Below, one piece after another: positions 27,801 through 42,865 of a DNA stretch of 64,000 bases. The stretch comes from Laetmonice hystrix (taxonomy: Eukaryota). The translations under genes were made by a program, and so were the position numbers. The notes under the pieces were generated by a model. The model did no database searches. It saw only the letters and a list, made by a program, of their open reading frames with translations, and was not told where the DNA came from. Every line of letters begins with the position of its first letter. Within the stretch, counting starts at the first letter, position 1. Location of the stretch: assembly GCA_965235115.1 (NCBI GenBank), contig OZ249436.1, positions 12,154,001 through 12,218,000 of the forward strand. The letters are read 5' to 3'.

Positions 27801-30800
27801 GTTGTCGGGCGCTTACAGATCGTCTGTAGGGGACAGACATAATAGATGGGAGTAAATGATAGAGCAAACGTATGGCCTGCCTCCTGGACAATACAGGCAT
27901 GGAGACATGAAACATGAAGCGTCCTTATACTACTGGCTACTGTCGTATAGAAGCAAACAGTACAGTGAGGCCAAAGAGTACAGGGAGGGCAAAGAGTACT
28001 GTGAGGAATCCCTGCTAACCTAGTACCCAAGCGAACACTACAGTGAGGCCAAGCACTACAGTGAGGCTAAACAGCATACTGTCGGGCCAAGCAGTGTGGG
28101 AGGCCAAACAATACAGTGATACTCCCTACATCTTACGGCAACCCTAGTAGCAAAGCAAAGAGTACAGTGAGGCAGTGGAAATGAAAGGTACAGACGAGGA
28201 GCATCTAATGTTAAAATTTTGAGAATATACTGAAATGTGAAGTATACAGATCACAACCATTTCAGTATTTTCTCCAAAGCGAACGTACGAGACCTATGCG
28301 GTTGACCGTTATACATCTGGCCTAAGAATCATAATTTTGGGGCCGTAGTTTCAATTTGACGTATCAAAAATGTAGCCAATTTTCGCTTATAATTGCATTA
28401 ACCTGTCTTTCGCCTAAGGGTCACATGTGCCTGCCAGCCCGGCCAGGTATACGTGGTGATTCCACCGGTAGCCGGAAGGTGGCAGTGCAGTCGTAGCCGA
28501 CGCTTCAGTACAGTACCCTGGCGTTTCCCTACAACATCTCTGTAATCTTTTTTTAGTTGGGGATGGGATATCTGATACATGTATAAGAAAGGCGTACAAG
28601 GTCATTTGCATTGTTAATTAAACCTTTACGGCAAACAGCTATTTAGACTACCTGACAACGTTGTCGGGCGCTAACAGATGGTCTGTAGTGGACAGACATT
28701 AGATGGGATTAAATCATACACCAAACGTATGGCCTGCCTCCTGGACAATACAAGCATGGAAACATGAAACATGAAGCGTCCTTATACTACTGGCTACTGT
28801 CGTATAAAAGCAAACAGTACAGTGAGGCCAAAGAGTACAGGGAGGGCAAAGAGTACTGTGAGGAATCCCTGCTAACCTAGTACCCAAGCGAACACTACAG
28901 TGAGGCCGAGCGCTACAGTGAGGCTAAACAGCATACTGTCGGGCCAAGCAGTGTGGGAGGCCAAACAGTACAGTGATACTCCCTACATCTTACGGCAACC
29001 CTAGTACCAAAGCAAACAGTAGAGTGAGGCAGTGAAAATGAAAGGTACAGACGAGGAGCATCTAATGTTAAAATTTTGAGAAAATACTGAAATGTGAAGT
29101 ATACATATCACAACCATTTCAGTATTTTCTCCAAAGCGAACGTACGAGACCTATACGGTTGACCGTTATACATCTGACCTAAGAATAATAATCTTTGGGC
29201 CGTAGTTTCAATTTGACGTATCAAAAATGAAACCACTTTTCGCTTATAATTGCATTAACCTGTCTTTCGCCTAAGGGTCGCAGGTGCCTGCCAGCACGGC
29301 CAGGTATACGTGGTGATTCCACCGGTAGCCGGAAGGTGGCAGTGCAGTCGCAGCCGACGCTTCAGTACAGTACCCTGGTGTTTCCCTGCAACATCTCTGT
29401 AATCTTTTTTTTAGTTGGGGATGGGATATCTGAAATAAGAAAGGCGTACAAGGTCATTTGCATTGTTAATTAAACATTTACGGCAAACAGCTATTTGGAC
29501 TACCTGACAACGTTGTCGGGCGCTTACAGATGGTCTGTAGGGGACAGACATATTAGATGGGAGTAAATGATAGAGCAAACGTATGGCCTGCCTCCTGGAC
29601 AATACAGGCATGGAAACATGAAACATGAAGCGTCCTTATACTACTGGCTACTGTCGTATAGAAGCAAACAGTACAGTGAGGCCAAAGAGTACAGGGAGGG
29701 CAAAGAGTACTGTGAGGAATCCCTGCTAACCTAGTACCCAAGCGAACACTACAGTGAGGCCAAGCACTACAGTGAGGCTAAACAGCATACTATCGGGCCA
29801 AGCAGTGTGGGAGGCCAAACAATACAGTGATACTCCCTACATCTTACGGCAACCCTAGTACCAAAGCAAAGAGTACAGTGAGGCAGTGGAAATGAAAGGT
29901 ACAGACGAGGAGCATCTAATGTTAAAATTTTGAGAAAATACTGAAATGTGAAGTATACATATCACAACCATTTCAGTATTTTCTCCAAAGCGAACGTACG
30001 AGACCTATACGGTTGACCGTTATACATCTGGCCTAAGAATAATAATCTTTGGGCCGTAGTTTCAATTTGACGTATCAAAAATGTAGCCAATTTTCGCTTA
30101 TAATTGCATTAACCTGTCTTTCCCCTAAGGGTCACATGTGCCTGCCAGCCCGGCCAGGTATACGTGGTGATTCCACCGGTAGCCGGAAGGTGGCAGTGCA
30201 GTCGCAGCCGACGCTTCAGTACAGTACCCTGGTGTTTCCCTGCAGCATCTCTGTAATCTTTTTTTAGTTGGGGATGGAATATCTGATATAAGAAAGGCGT
30301 ACAAGGTCATTTGCATTGTTAATTAAACCTTTACGGCAAACAGCTATTTAGACTACCTGACAACGTTGTCGGGCGCTAACAGATGGTCTGTAGTGGACAG
30401 ACATTAGATGGGATTAAATGATAGACCAAACGTATGGCCTGCCTCCTGGACAATACAGGCATGGAAACATGAAACATGAAGCGTCCTTATACTACTGGCT
30501 ACTGTCGTATAGAAGCAAACAGTACAGTGAGGCCAAAGAGTACATGGAGGGCAAAGAGTACTGTGAGGAATCCCTGCTAACCTAGTACCCAAGCGAACAC
30601 TACAGTGAGGCCAAGCACTACAGTGAGGCTAAACAGCATACTGTCGGGCCAAGCAGTGTGGGAGGCCAAACAGTACAGTGATACTCCCTACATCTTACGG
30701 GAACTCTAGTACCAAAGCAAAGAGTACAGTGAGGCAGTGGAAATGACACGTACAGACGAGGAGCATTTAATGTTAAAATTTTGAGAAAATACTGAAATGT

Positions 30801-30862
30801 GAAGTATAGGCCTACATATCACAACCATTTCAGTATTTTCTCCAAAGCGAGCGTACGAGACC
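12884..30862. repeat. Higher-order repeat: three near-identical copies of a 7-monomer, 5993-bp unit
   Basis: Diagnostic variants recur every 5993 bp (units start 12884, 18877, 24870; next starts 30863). ORF track shows 13003, 18996, 24989, 30982. Confidence 0.95.
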
Positions 30863-33800
30863 TATACGGTTGACCGTTATACATCTGGCCTAAGAATAAT
30901 AATTTTTGGGCCGTAGTTTCAATTTGACGTATCAAAAATGAAACCACTTTTCGCTTATAATTGCATTAACCTGTCTTTCGCCTAAGGGTCGCAGGTGCCT
31001 GCCAGCACGGCCAGGTATACGTGGTGATTCCACCGGTAGCTGGAAGGTGGCAGTGCAGTCGCAGCCGACGCTTCAGTACAGTACCCTGGTGTTTCCCTGC
31101 AACATCTCTGTAATCTTTTTTCAGTTGGGGATTGGATATCTGATATAAGAAAGGCGTACAAGTTCATTTGCATTGTTAATTAAACCTTTACGGCAAACAG
31201 CTATTTGGACTACTTGACAACGTTGTCGGGCGCTTACAGATGGTCTGTAGGGGACAGACATTAGATGGGAGTAAATGATAGAGCAAACGTATGGCCTGCC
31301 TCCTGGACAATACAAGCATGGAAACATGAAACATGAAGCGTCCTTATACTACTGGCTACTGTCGTATAAAAGCAAACAGTACAGTGAGGCCAAAGAGTAC
31401 AGGGAGGGCAAAGAGTACTGTGAGGAATCCCTGCTAACCTAGTACCCAAGCGAACACTACAGTGAGCTCGAGCGCTACAGTGAGGCTAAACAGCATACTG
31501 TCGGGCCAAGCAGTGTGGGAGGCCAAACAGTACAGTGATACTCCCTACATCTTACGGCAACCCTAGTACCAAAGCAAACAGTAGAGTGAGGCAGTGAAAA
31601 TGAAAGGTACAGACGAGGAGCATCTAATGTTAAAATTTTGAGAAAATACTGAAATGTGAAGTATACATATCACAACCATTTCAGTATTTTCTCCAAAGCG
31701 AACGTACGAGACCTATACGGTTGACCGTTATACATCTGACCTAAGAATAATAATTTTTGGGCCGTAGTTTCAATTTGACGTATCAAAAATGAAACCACTT
31801 TTCGCTTATAATTGCATTAACCTGTCTTTCGCCTAAGGGTCGCAGGTGCCTTCCAGCAGGCCAGGTATACGTGGTGATTCCACCGGTAGCCGGAAGGTGG
31901 CAGTGCAGTGGCAGCCGACGCTTCAGTACAGTACCCTGGTGTTTCCCTGCAACATCTCTGTAATCTTTTTTTAGTTGGGGATTGGATATCTGATATAAGA
32001 AAGGCGTACAAGTTCATTTCCATTGTTAATTAAACCTTTACGGCAAACAGCTATTTAGACTACCTGACAACGTTGTCGGGCGCTTACAGATGGTCTGTAG
32101 GGGACAGACATTAGATGGGAGTAAATGATGGAGCAAACGTATGGCCTGCCTCCTGGACAATACAAGCATGGAAACATGAAACATGAAGCGTCCTTATACT
32201 ACTGGCTACTGTCGTATAAAAGCAAACAGTACAGTGAGGCCAAAGAGTACAGGGAGGGCAAAGAGTACTGTGAGGAATCCCTGCTAACCTAGTACCCAAG
32301 CGAACACTACAGTGAGGCCGAGCGCTACAGTGAGGCTAAACAGCATACTGTCGGGCCAAGCTAGCAGTGTGGGAGGCCAAACAGTACAGTGATACTCCCT
32401 ACATCTTACGGCAACCCTAGTACCAAAGCAAACAGTACAGTGAGTCAGTGAAAATGAAAGGTACAGACGAGGAGCATCTAATATCAAATAAATATAAGAT
32501 AAAATTTTGAGAAAATACTGAAATGTGAAGTATACATATCACAATCATTTCAGTATTTTCTCCAAAGCGAACGTACGAGACCTATACGGTTGACCGTTAT
32601 ACATCTGACCTAAGAATAATAATTTTTGGGCCGTAGTTTCAATTTGACGTATCAAAAATGAAACCACTTTTCGCTTATAATTGCATTAACCTGTCTTTCG
32701 CCTAAGGGTCGCAGGTGCCTGCCAGCACGGCCAGGTATACGTGGTGATTCCACCGGTAGCTGGAAGGTGGCAGTGCAGTCGCAGCCGACGCTTCAGTACA
32801 GTACCCTGGTGTTTCCCTGCAACATCTCTGTAATTTTTTTTTAGTTGGGGATTGGATATCTGATATAAGAAAGGCGTACAAGTTCATTTGCATTGTTAAT
32901 TAAACCTTTACGGCAAACAGCTATTTGGACTACTTGACAACGTTGTCGGGCGCTTACAGATGGTCTGTAGGGGACAGACATTAGATGGGAGTAAATGATA
33001 GAGCAAACGTATGGCCTGCCTCCTGGACAATACAAGCATGGAAACATGAAACATGAAGCGTCCTTATACTACTGGCTACTGTCGTATAAAAGCAAACAGT
33101 ACAGTGAGGCCAAAGAGTACAGGGAGGGCAAAGAGTACTGTGAGGAATCCCTGCTAACCTAGTACCCAAGCGAACACTACAGTGAGCTCGAGCGCTACAG
33201 TGAGGCTAAACAGCATACTGTCGGGCCAAGCAGTGTGGGAGGCCAAACAGTACAGTGATACTCCCTACATCTTACGGCAACCCTAGTACCAAAGCAAACA
33301 GTAGAGTGAGGCAGTGAAAATGAAAGGTACAGACGAGGAGCATCTAATGTTAAAATTTTGAGAAAATACTGAAATGTGAAGTATACATATCACAACCATT
33401 TCAGTATTTTCTCCAAAGCGAACGTACGAGACCTATACGGTTGACCGTTATACATCTGACCTAAGAATAATAATTTTTGGGCCGTAGTTTCAATTTGACG
33501 TATCAAAAATGAAACCACTTTTCGCTTATAATTGCATTAACCTGTCTTTCGCCTAAGGGTCGCAGGTGCCTGCCAGCAGGCCAGGTATACGTGGTGATTC
33601 CACCGGTAGCCGGAAGGTGGCAGTGCAGTGGCAGCCGACGCTTCAGTACAGTACCCTGGTGTTTCCCTGCAACATCTCTGTAATCTTTTTTTAGTTGGGG
33701 ATTGGATATCTGATATAAGAAAGGCGTACAAGTTCATTTCCATTGTTAATTAAACCTTTACGGCAAACAGCTATTTAGACTACCTGACAACGTTGTCGGG

Positions 33801-36800
33801 CGCTTACAGATGGTCTGTAGGGGACAGACATTAGATGGGAGTAAATGATGGAGCAAACGTATGGCCTGCCTCCTGGACAATACAAGCATGGAAACATGAA
33901 ACATGAAGCGTCCTTATACTACTGGCTACTGTCGTATAAAAGCAAACAGTACAGTGAGGCCAAAGAGTACAGGGAGGGCAAAGAGTACTGTGAGGAATCC
34001 CTGCTAACCTAGTACCCAAGCGAACACTACAGTGAGGCCGAGCGCTACAGTGAGGCTAAACAGCATACTGTCGGGCCAAGCTAGCAGTGTGGGAGGCCAA
34101 ACAGTACAGTGATACTCCCTACATCTTACGGCAACCCTAGTACCAAAGCAAACAGTACAGTGAGTCAGTGAAAATGAAAGGTACAGACGAGGAGCATCTA
34201 ATATCAAATAAATATAAGATAAAATTTTGAGAAAATACTGAAATGTGAAGTATACATATCACAATCATTTCAGTATTTTCTCCAAAGCGAACGTACGAGA
34301 CCTATACGGTTGACCGTTATACATCTGACCTAAGAATAATAATTTTTGGGCCGTAGTTTCAATTTGACGTATCAAAAATGAAACCACTTTTCGCTTATAA
34401 TTGCATTAACCTGTCTTTCGCCTAAGGGTCGCAGGTGCCTGCCAGCACGGCCAGGTATACGTGGTGATTCCACCGGTAGCTGGAAGGTGGCAGTGCAGTC
34501 GCAGCCGACGCTTCAGTACAGTACCCTGGTGTTTCCCTGCAACATCTCTGTAATCTTTTTTTAGTTGGGGATTGGATATCTGATATAAGAAAGGCGTACA
34601 AGTTCATTTGCATTGTTAATTAAACCTTTACGGCAAACAGCTATTTGGACTACTTGACAACGTTGTCGGGCGCTTACAGATGGTCTGTAGGGGACAGACA
34701 TTAGATGGGAGTAAATGATAGAGCAAACGTATGGCCTGCCTCCTGGACAATACAAGCATGGAAACATGAAACATGAAGCGTCCTTATACTACTGGCTACT
34801 GTCGTATAAAAGCAAACAGTACAGTGAGGCCAAAGAGTACAGGGAGGGCAAAGAGTACTGTGAGGAATCCCTGCTAACCTAGTACCCAAGCGAACACTAC
34901 AGTGAGCCCGAGCGCTACAGTGAGGCTAAACAGCATACTGTCGGGCCAAGCAGTGTGGGAGGCCAAACAGTACAGTGATACTCCCTACATCTTACGGCAA
35001 CCCTAGTACCAAAGCAAACAGTAGAGTGAGGCAGTGAAAATGAAAGGTACAGACGAGGAGCATCTAATGTTAAAATTTTGAGAAAATACTGAAATGTGAA
35101 GTATACATATCACAACCATTTCAGTATTTTCTCCAAAGCGAACGTACGAGACCTATACGGTTGACCGTTATACATCTGACCTAAGAATAATAATTTTTGG
35201 GCCGTAGTTTCAATTTGACGTATCAAAAATGAAACCACTTTTCGCTTATAATTGCATTAACCTGTCTTTCGCCTAAGGGTCGCAGGTGCCTGCCAGCAGG
35301 CCAGGTATACGTGGTGATTCCACCGGTAGCCGGAAGGTGGCAGTGCAGTGGCAGCCGACGCTTCAGTACAGTACCCTGGTGTTTCCCTGCAACATCTCTG
35401 TAATCTTTTTTTAGTTGGGGATTGGATATCTGATATAAGAAAGGCGTACAAGTTCATTTCCATTGTTAATTAAACCTTTACGGCAAACAGCTATTTAGAC
35501 TACCTGACAACGTTGTCGGGCGCTTACAGATGGTCTGTAGGGGACAGACATTAGATGGGAGTAAATGATGGAGCAAACGTATGGCCTGCCTCCTGGACAA
35601 TACAAGCATGGAAACATGAAACATGAAGCGTCCTTATACTACTGGCTACTGTCGTATAAAAGCAAACAGTACAGTGAGGCCAAAGAGTACAGGGAGGGCA
35701 AAGAGTACTGTGAGGAATCCCTGCTAACCTAGTACCCAAGCGAACACTACAGTGAGGCCGAGCGCTACAGTGAGGCTAAACAGCATACTGTCGGGCCAAG
35801 CTAGCAGAGTGGGGGGCCAAACAGTACAGTGATACTCCCTACATCTTACGGCAACCCTAGTACCAAAGCAAACAGTACAGTGAGTCAGTGAAAATGAAAG
35901 GTACAGACGAGGAGCATCTAATATCAAATAAATATAAGATAAAATTTTGAGAAAATACTGAAATGTGAAGTATACATATCACAATCATTTCAGTATTTTC
36001 TCCAAAGCGAACGTACGAGACCTATACGGTTGACCGTTATACATCTGACCTAAGAATAATAATTTTTGGGCCGTAGTTTCAATTTGACGTATCAAAAATG
36101 AAACCATTTTTCGCTTATAATTGCATTAACCTATCTTTCGCCTAAGGGTCGTAGGTGCCTGCTAGCACGGCCAGGTATACGTGGTGATTCCACCGGTAGC
36201 CGGAAGGTGGCAGTGCAGTCGCAGCCGACGCTTCAGTACAGTACCCTGGTGTTTCCCTGCAACATCTCTGTAATCTTTTTTTTAGTTGGGGATGGGATAT
36301 CTGATATAAGAAAGGCGGACTAGGTCATTTGCATTGTTAATTAAACATTTACGGCAAACAGCTATTTGGACTACCTGACAACGTTGTCGGGCGCTTACAG
36401 ATGGTCTGTAGGGGACAGACATTTGATGGGAGTAAATGATAGACCAAACGTATGGCCTGCCTCCTGGACAATACAAGCATGGAAACATGAAACATGAAGC
36501 GTCCTTATACTACTGGCTACTGTCGTATAAAAGCAAACAGTACAGTGAGGCCAAAGAGTACAGGGAGGGCAAAGAGTACTGTGAGGAATCTTGCTAACCT
36601 AGTACCCAAGCGAACATTACAGTGAGGCCGAGCGCTACAGTGAGGCTAAACAGCATACTGTCGGGCCAAGCAGTGTGGGAGGCCAAACAGTACAGTGATA
36701 CTCCCTACATCTTACGGCAACCCTAGTACCAAAGCAAACAGTAGAGTGAGGCAGTGAAAATGAAAGGTACAGACGAGGAGCATCTAATGTTAAAATTTTG

Positions 36801-39800
36801 AGAAAATACTGAAATGTGAAGTATACATATCACAACCATTTCAGTATTTTCTCCAAAGCGAACGTACGAGACCTATACGGTTGACCGTTATACATCTGGC
36901 CTAAGAATAATAATTTTTGGGCCGTAGTTTCAATTTGACGTATCAAAAATGAAACCACTTTTCGCTTATAATTGCATTAACCTGTCTTTCGCCTAAGGGT
37001 CGCAGGTGCCTGCCAGCACGGCCAGGTATACGTGGTGATTCCACCGGTAGCCGGAAGGTGGCAGTGCAGTCGCAGCCGACGCTTCAGTACAGTACCCTGG
37101 TGTTTCCCTGCAACATCTCTGTAATCTTTTTTTAGTTGGGGATGGGATATCTGAAATAAGAAAGGCGTACAAGGTCATTTGCATTGTTAATTAAACATTT
37201 ACGGCAAACAGCTATTTGGACTACCTGACAACGTTGTCGGGCGCTTACAGATCGTCTGTAGGGGACAGACATATTAGATGGGAGTAAATGATAGAGCAAA
37301 CGTATGGCCTGCCTCCTGGACAATACAGGCATGGAGACATGAAACATGAAGCGTCCTTATACTACTGGCTACTGTCGTATAGAAGCAAACAGTACAGTGA
37401 GGCCAAAGAGTACAGGGAGGGCAAAGAGTACTGTGAGGAATCCCTGCTAACCTAGTACCCAAGCGAACACTACAGTGAGGCCAAGCACTACAGTGAGGCT
37501 AAACAGCATACTGTCGGGCCAAGCAGTGTGGGAGGCCAAACAATACAGTGATACTCCCTACATCTTACGGCAACCCTAGTAGCAAAGCAAAGAGTACAGT
37601 GAGGCAGTGGAAATGAAAGGTACAGACGAGGAGCATCTAATGTTAAAATTTTGAGAATATACTGAAATGTGAAGTATACAGATCACAACCATTTCAGTAT
37701 TTTCTCCAAAGCGAACGTACGAGACCTATGCGGTTGACCGTTATACATCTGGCCTAAGAATCATAATTTTGGGGCCGTAGTTTCAATTTGACGTATCAAA
37801 AATGTAGCCAATTTTCGCTTATAATTGCATTAACCTGTCTTTCGCCTAAGGGTCACATGTGCCTGCCAGCCCGGCCAGGTATACGTGGTGATTCCACCGG
37901 TAGCCGGAAGGTGGCAGTGCAGTCGTAGCCGACGCTTCAGTACAGTACCCTGGCGTTTCCCTACAACATCTCTGTAATCTTTTTTTAGTTGGGGATGGGA
38001 TATCTGATACATGTATAAGAAAGGCGTACAAGGTCATTTGCATTGTTAATTAAACCTTTACGGCAAACAGCTATTTAGACTACCTGACAACGTTGTCGGG
38101 CGCTAACAGATGGTCTGTAGTGGACAGACATTAGATGGGATTAAATCATACACCAAACGTATGGCCTGCCTCCTGGACAATACAAGCATGGAAACATGAA
38201 ACATGAAGCGTCCTTATACTACTGGCTACTGTCGTATAAAAGCAAACAGTACAGTGAGGCCAAAGAGTACAGGGAGGGCAAAGAGTACTGTGAGGAATCC
38301 CTGCTAACCTAGTACCCAAGCGAACACTACAGTGAGGCCGAGCGCTACAGTGAGGCTAAACAGCATACTGTCGGGCCAAGCAGTGTGGGAGGCCAAACAG
38401 TACAGTGATACTCCCTACATCTTACGGCAACCCTAGTACCAAAGCAAACAGTAGAGTGAGGCAGTGAAAATGAAAGGTACAGACGAGGAGCATCTAATGT
38501 TAAAATTTTGAGAAAATACTGAAATGTGAAGTATACATATCACAACCATTTCAGTATTTTCTCCAAAGCGAACGTACGAGACCTATACGGTTGACCGTTA
38601 TACATCTGACCTAAGAATAATAATCTTTGGGCCGTAGTTTCAATTTGACGTATCAAAAATGAAACCACTTTTCGCTTATAATTGCATTAACCTGTCTTTC
38701 GCCTAAGGGTCGCAGGTGCCTGCCAGCACGGCCAGGTATACGTGGTGATTCCACCGGTAGCCGGAAGGTGGCAGTGCAGTCGCAGCCGACGCTTCAGTAC
38801 AGTACCCTGGTGTTTCCCTGCAACATCTCTGTAATCTTTTTTTTAGTTGGGGATGGGATATCTGAAATAAGAAAGGCGTACAAGGTCATTTGCATTGTTA
38901 ATTAAACATTTACGGCAAACAGCTATTTGGACTACCTGACAACGTTGTCGGGCGCTTACAGATGGTCTGTAGGGGACAGACATATTAGATGGGAGTAAAT
39001 GATAGAGCAAACGTATGGCCTGCCTCCTGGACAATACAGGCATGGAAACATGAAACATGAAGCGTCCTTATACTACTGGCTACTGTCGTATAGAAGCAAA
39101 CAGTACAGTGAGGCCAAAGAGTACAGGGAGGGCAAAGAGTACTGTGAGGAATCCCTGCTAACCTAGTACCCAAGCGAACACTACAGTGAGGCCAAGCACT
39201 ACAGTGAGGCTAAACAGCATACTATCGGGCCAAGCAGTGTGGGAGGCCAAACAATACAGTGATACTCCCTACATCTTACGGCAACCCTAGTACCAAAGCA
39301 AAGAGTACAGTGAGGCAGTGGAAATGAAAGGTACAGACGAGGAGCATCTAATGTTAAAATTTTGAGAAAATACTGAAATGTGAAGTATACATATCACAAC
39401 CATTTCAGTATTTTCTCCAAAGCGAACGTACGAGACCTATACGGTTGACCGTTATACATCTGGCCTAAGAATAATAATCTTTGGGCCGTAGTTTCAATTT
39501 GACGTATCAAAAATGTAGCCAATTTTCGCTTATAATTGCATTAACCTGTCTTTCCCCTAAGGGTCACATGTGCCTGCCAGCCCGGCCAGGTATACGTGGT
39601 GATTCCACCGGTAGCCGGAAGGTGGCAGTGCAGTCGCAGCCGACGCTTCAGTACAGTACCCTGGTGTTTCCCTGCAGCATCTCTGTAATCTTTTTTTAGT
39701 TGGGGATGGAATATCTGATATAAGAAAGGCGTACAAGGTCATTTGCATTGTTAATTAAACCTTTACGGCAAACAGCTATTTAGACTACCTGACAACGTTG

Positions 39801-42800
39801 TCGGGCGCTAACAGATGGTCTGTAGTGGACAGACATTAGATGGGATTAAATGATAGACCAAACGTATGGCCTGCCTCCTGGACAATACAGGCATGGAAAC
39901 ATGAAACATGAAGCGTCCTTATACTACTGGCTACTGTCGTATAGAAGCAAACAGTACAGTGAGGCCAAAGAGTACATGGAGGGCAAAGAGTACTGTGAGG
40001 AATCCCTGCTAACCTAGTACCCAAGCGAACACTACAGTGAGGCCAAGCACTACAGTGAGGCTAAACAGCATACTGTCGGGCCAAGCAGTGTGGGAGGCCA
40101 AACAGTACAGTGATACTCCCTACATCTTACGGGAACTCTAGTACCAAAGCAAAGAGTACAGTGAGGCAGTGGAAATGACACGTACAGACGAGGAGCATTT
40201 AATGTTAAAATTTTGAGAAAATACTGAAATGTGAAGTATAGGCCTACATATCACAACCATTTCAGTATTTTCTCCAAAGCGAGCGTACGAGACCTATACG
40301 GTTGACCGTTATACATCTGGCCTAAGAATAATAATTTTTGGGCCGTAGTTTCAATTTGACGTATCAAAAATGAAACCACTTTTCGCTTATAATTGCATTA
40401 ACCTGTCTTTCGCCTAAGGGTCGCAGGTGCCTGCCAGCACGGCCAGGTATACGTGGTGATTCCACCGGTAGCTGGAAGGTGGCAGTGCAGTCGCAGCCGA
40501 CGCTTCAGTACAGTACCCTGGTGTTTCCCTGCAACATCTCTGTAATCTTTTTTCAGTTGGGGATTGGATATCTGATATAAGAAAGGCGTACAAGTTCATT
40601 TGCATTGTTAATTAAACCTTTACGGCAAACAGCTATTTGGACTACTTGACAACGTTGTCGGGCGCTTACAGATGGTCTGTAGGGGACAGACATTAGATGG
40701 GAGTAAATGATAGAGCAAACGTATGGCCTGCCTCCTGGACAATACAAGCATGGAAACATGAAACATGAAGCGTCCTTATACTACTGGCTACTGTCGTATA
40801 AAAGCAAACAGTACAGTGAGGCCAAAGAGTACAGGGAGGGCAAAGAGTACTGTGAGGAATCCCTGCTAACCTAGTACCCAAGCGAACACTACAGTGAGCT
40901 CGAGCGCTACAGTGAGGCTAAACAGCATACTGTCGGGCCAAGCAGTGTGGGAGGCCAAACAGTACAGTGATACTCCCTACATCTTACGGCAACCCTAGTA
41001 CCAAAGCAAACAGTAGAGTGAGGCAGTGAAAATGAAAGGTACAGACGAGGAGCATCTAATGTTAAAATTTTGAGAAAATACTGAAATGTGAAGTATACAT
41101 ATTACAACCATTTCAGTATTTTCTCCAAAGCGAACGTACGAGACCTATACGGTTGACCGTTATACATCTGACCTAAGAATAATAATTTTTGGGCCGTAGT
41201 TTCAATTTGACGTATCAAAAATGAAACCACTTTTCGCTTATAATTGCATTAACCTGTCTTTCGCCTAAGGGTCGCAGGTGCCTGCCAGCAGGCCAGGTAT
41301 ACGTGGTGATTCCACCGGTAGCCGGAAGGTGGCAGTGCAGTGGCAGCCGACGCTTCAGTACAGTACCCTGGTGTTTCCCTGCAACATCTCTGTAATCTTT
41401 TTTTAGTTGGGGATTGGATATCTGATATAAGAAAGGCGTACAAGTTCATTTCCATTGTTAATTAAACCTTTACGGCAAACAGCTATTTAGACTACCTGAC
41501 AACGTTGTCGGGCGCTTACAGATGGTCTGTAGGGGACAGACATTAGATGGGAGTAAATGATGGAGCAAACGTATGGCCTGCCTCCTGGACAATACAAGCA
41601 TGGAAACATGAAACATGAAGCGTCCTTATACTACTGGCTACTGTCGTATAAAAGCAAACAGTACAGTGAGGCCAAAGAGTACAGGGAGGGCAAAGAGTAC
41701 TGTGAGGAATCCCTGCTAACCTAGTACCCAAGCGAACACTACAGTGAGGCCGAGCGCTACAGTGAGGCTAAACAGCATACTGTCGGGCCAAGCTAGCAGT
41801 GTGGGAGGCCAAACAGTACAGTGATACTCCCTACATCTTACGGCAACCCTAGTACCAAAGCAAACAGTACAGTGAGTCAGTGAAAATGAAAGGTACAGAC
41901 GAGGAGCATCTAATATCAAATAAATATAAGATAAAATTTTGAGAAAATACTGAAATGTGAAGTATACATATCACAATCATTTCAGTATTTTCTCCAAAGC
42001 GAACGTACGAGACCTATACGGTTGACCGTTATACATCTGACCTAAGAATAATAATTTTTGGGCCGTAGTTTCAATTTGACGTATCAAAAATGAAACCACT
42101 TTTCGCTTATAATTGCATTAACCTGTCTTTCGCCTAAGGGTCGCAGGTGCCTGCCAGCACGGCCAGGTATACGTGGTGATTCCACCGGTAGCTGGAAGGT
42201 GGCAGTGCAGTCGCAGCCGACGCTTCAGTACAGTACCCTGGTGTTTCCCTGCAACATCTCTGTAATCTTTTTTTAGTTGGGGATTGGATATCTGATATAA
42301 GAAAGGCGTACAAGTTCATTTGCATTGTTAATTAAACCTTTACGGCAAACAGCTATTTGGACTACTTGACAACGTTGTCGGGCGCTTACAGATGGTCTGT
42401 AGGGGACAGACATTAGATGGGAGTAAATGATAGAGCAAACGTATGGCCTGCCTCCTGGACAATACAAGCATGGAAACATGAAACATGAAGCGTCCTTATA
42501 CTACTGGCTACTGTCGTATAAAAGCAAACAGTACAGTGAGGCCAAAGAGTACAGGGAGGGCAAAGAGTACTGTGAGGAATCCCTGCTAACCTAGTACCCA
42601 AGCGAACACTACAGTGAGCCCGAGCGCTACAGTGAGGCTAAACAGCATACTGTCGGGCCAAGCAGTGTGGGAGGCCAAACAGTACAGTGATACTCCCTAC
42701 ATCTTACGGCAACCCTAGTACCAAAGCAAACAGTAGAGTGAGGCAGTGAAAATGAAAGGTACAGACGAGGAGCATCTAATGTTAAAATTTTGAGAAAATA

Positions 42801-42865
42801 CTGAAATGTGAAGTATACATATCACAACCATTTCAGTATTTTCTCCAAAGCGAACGTACGAGACC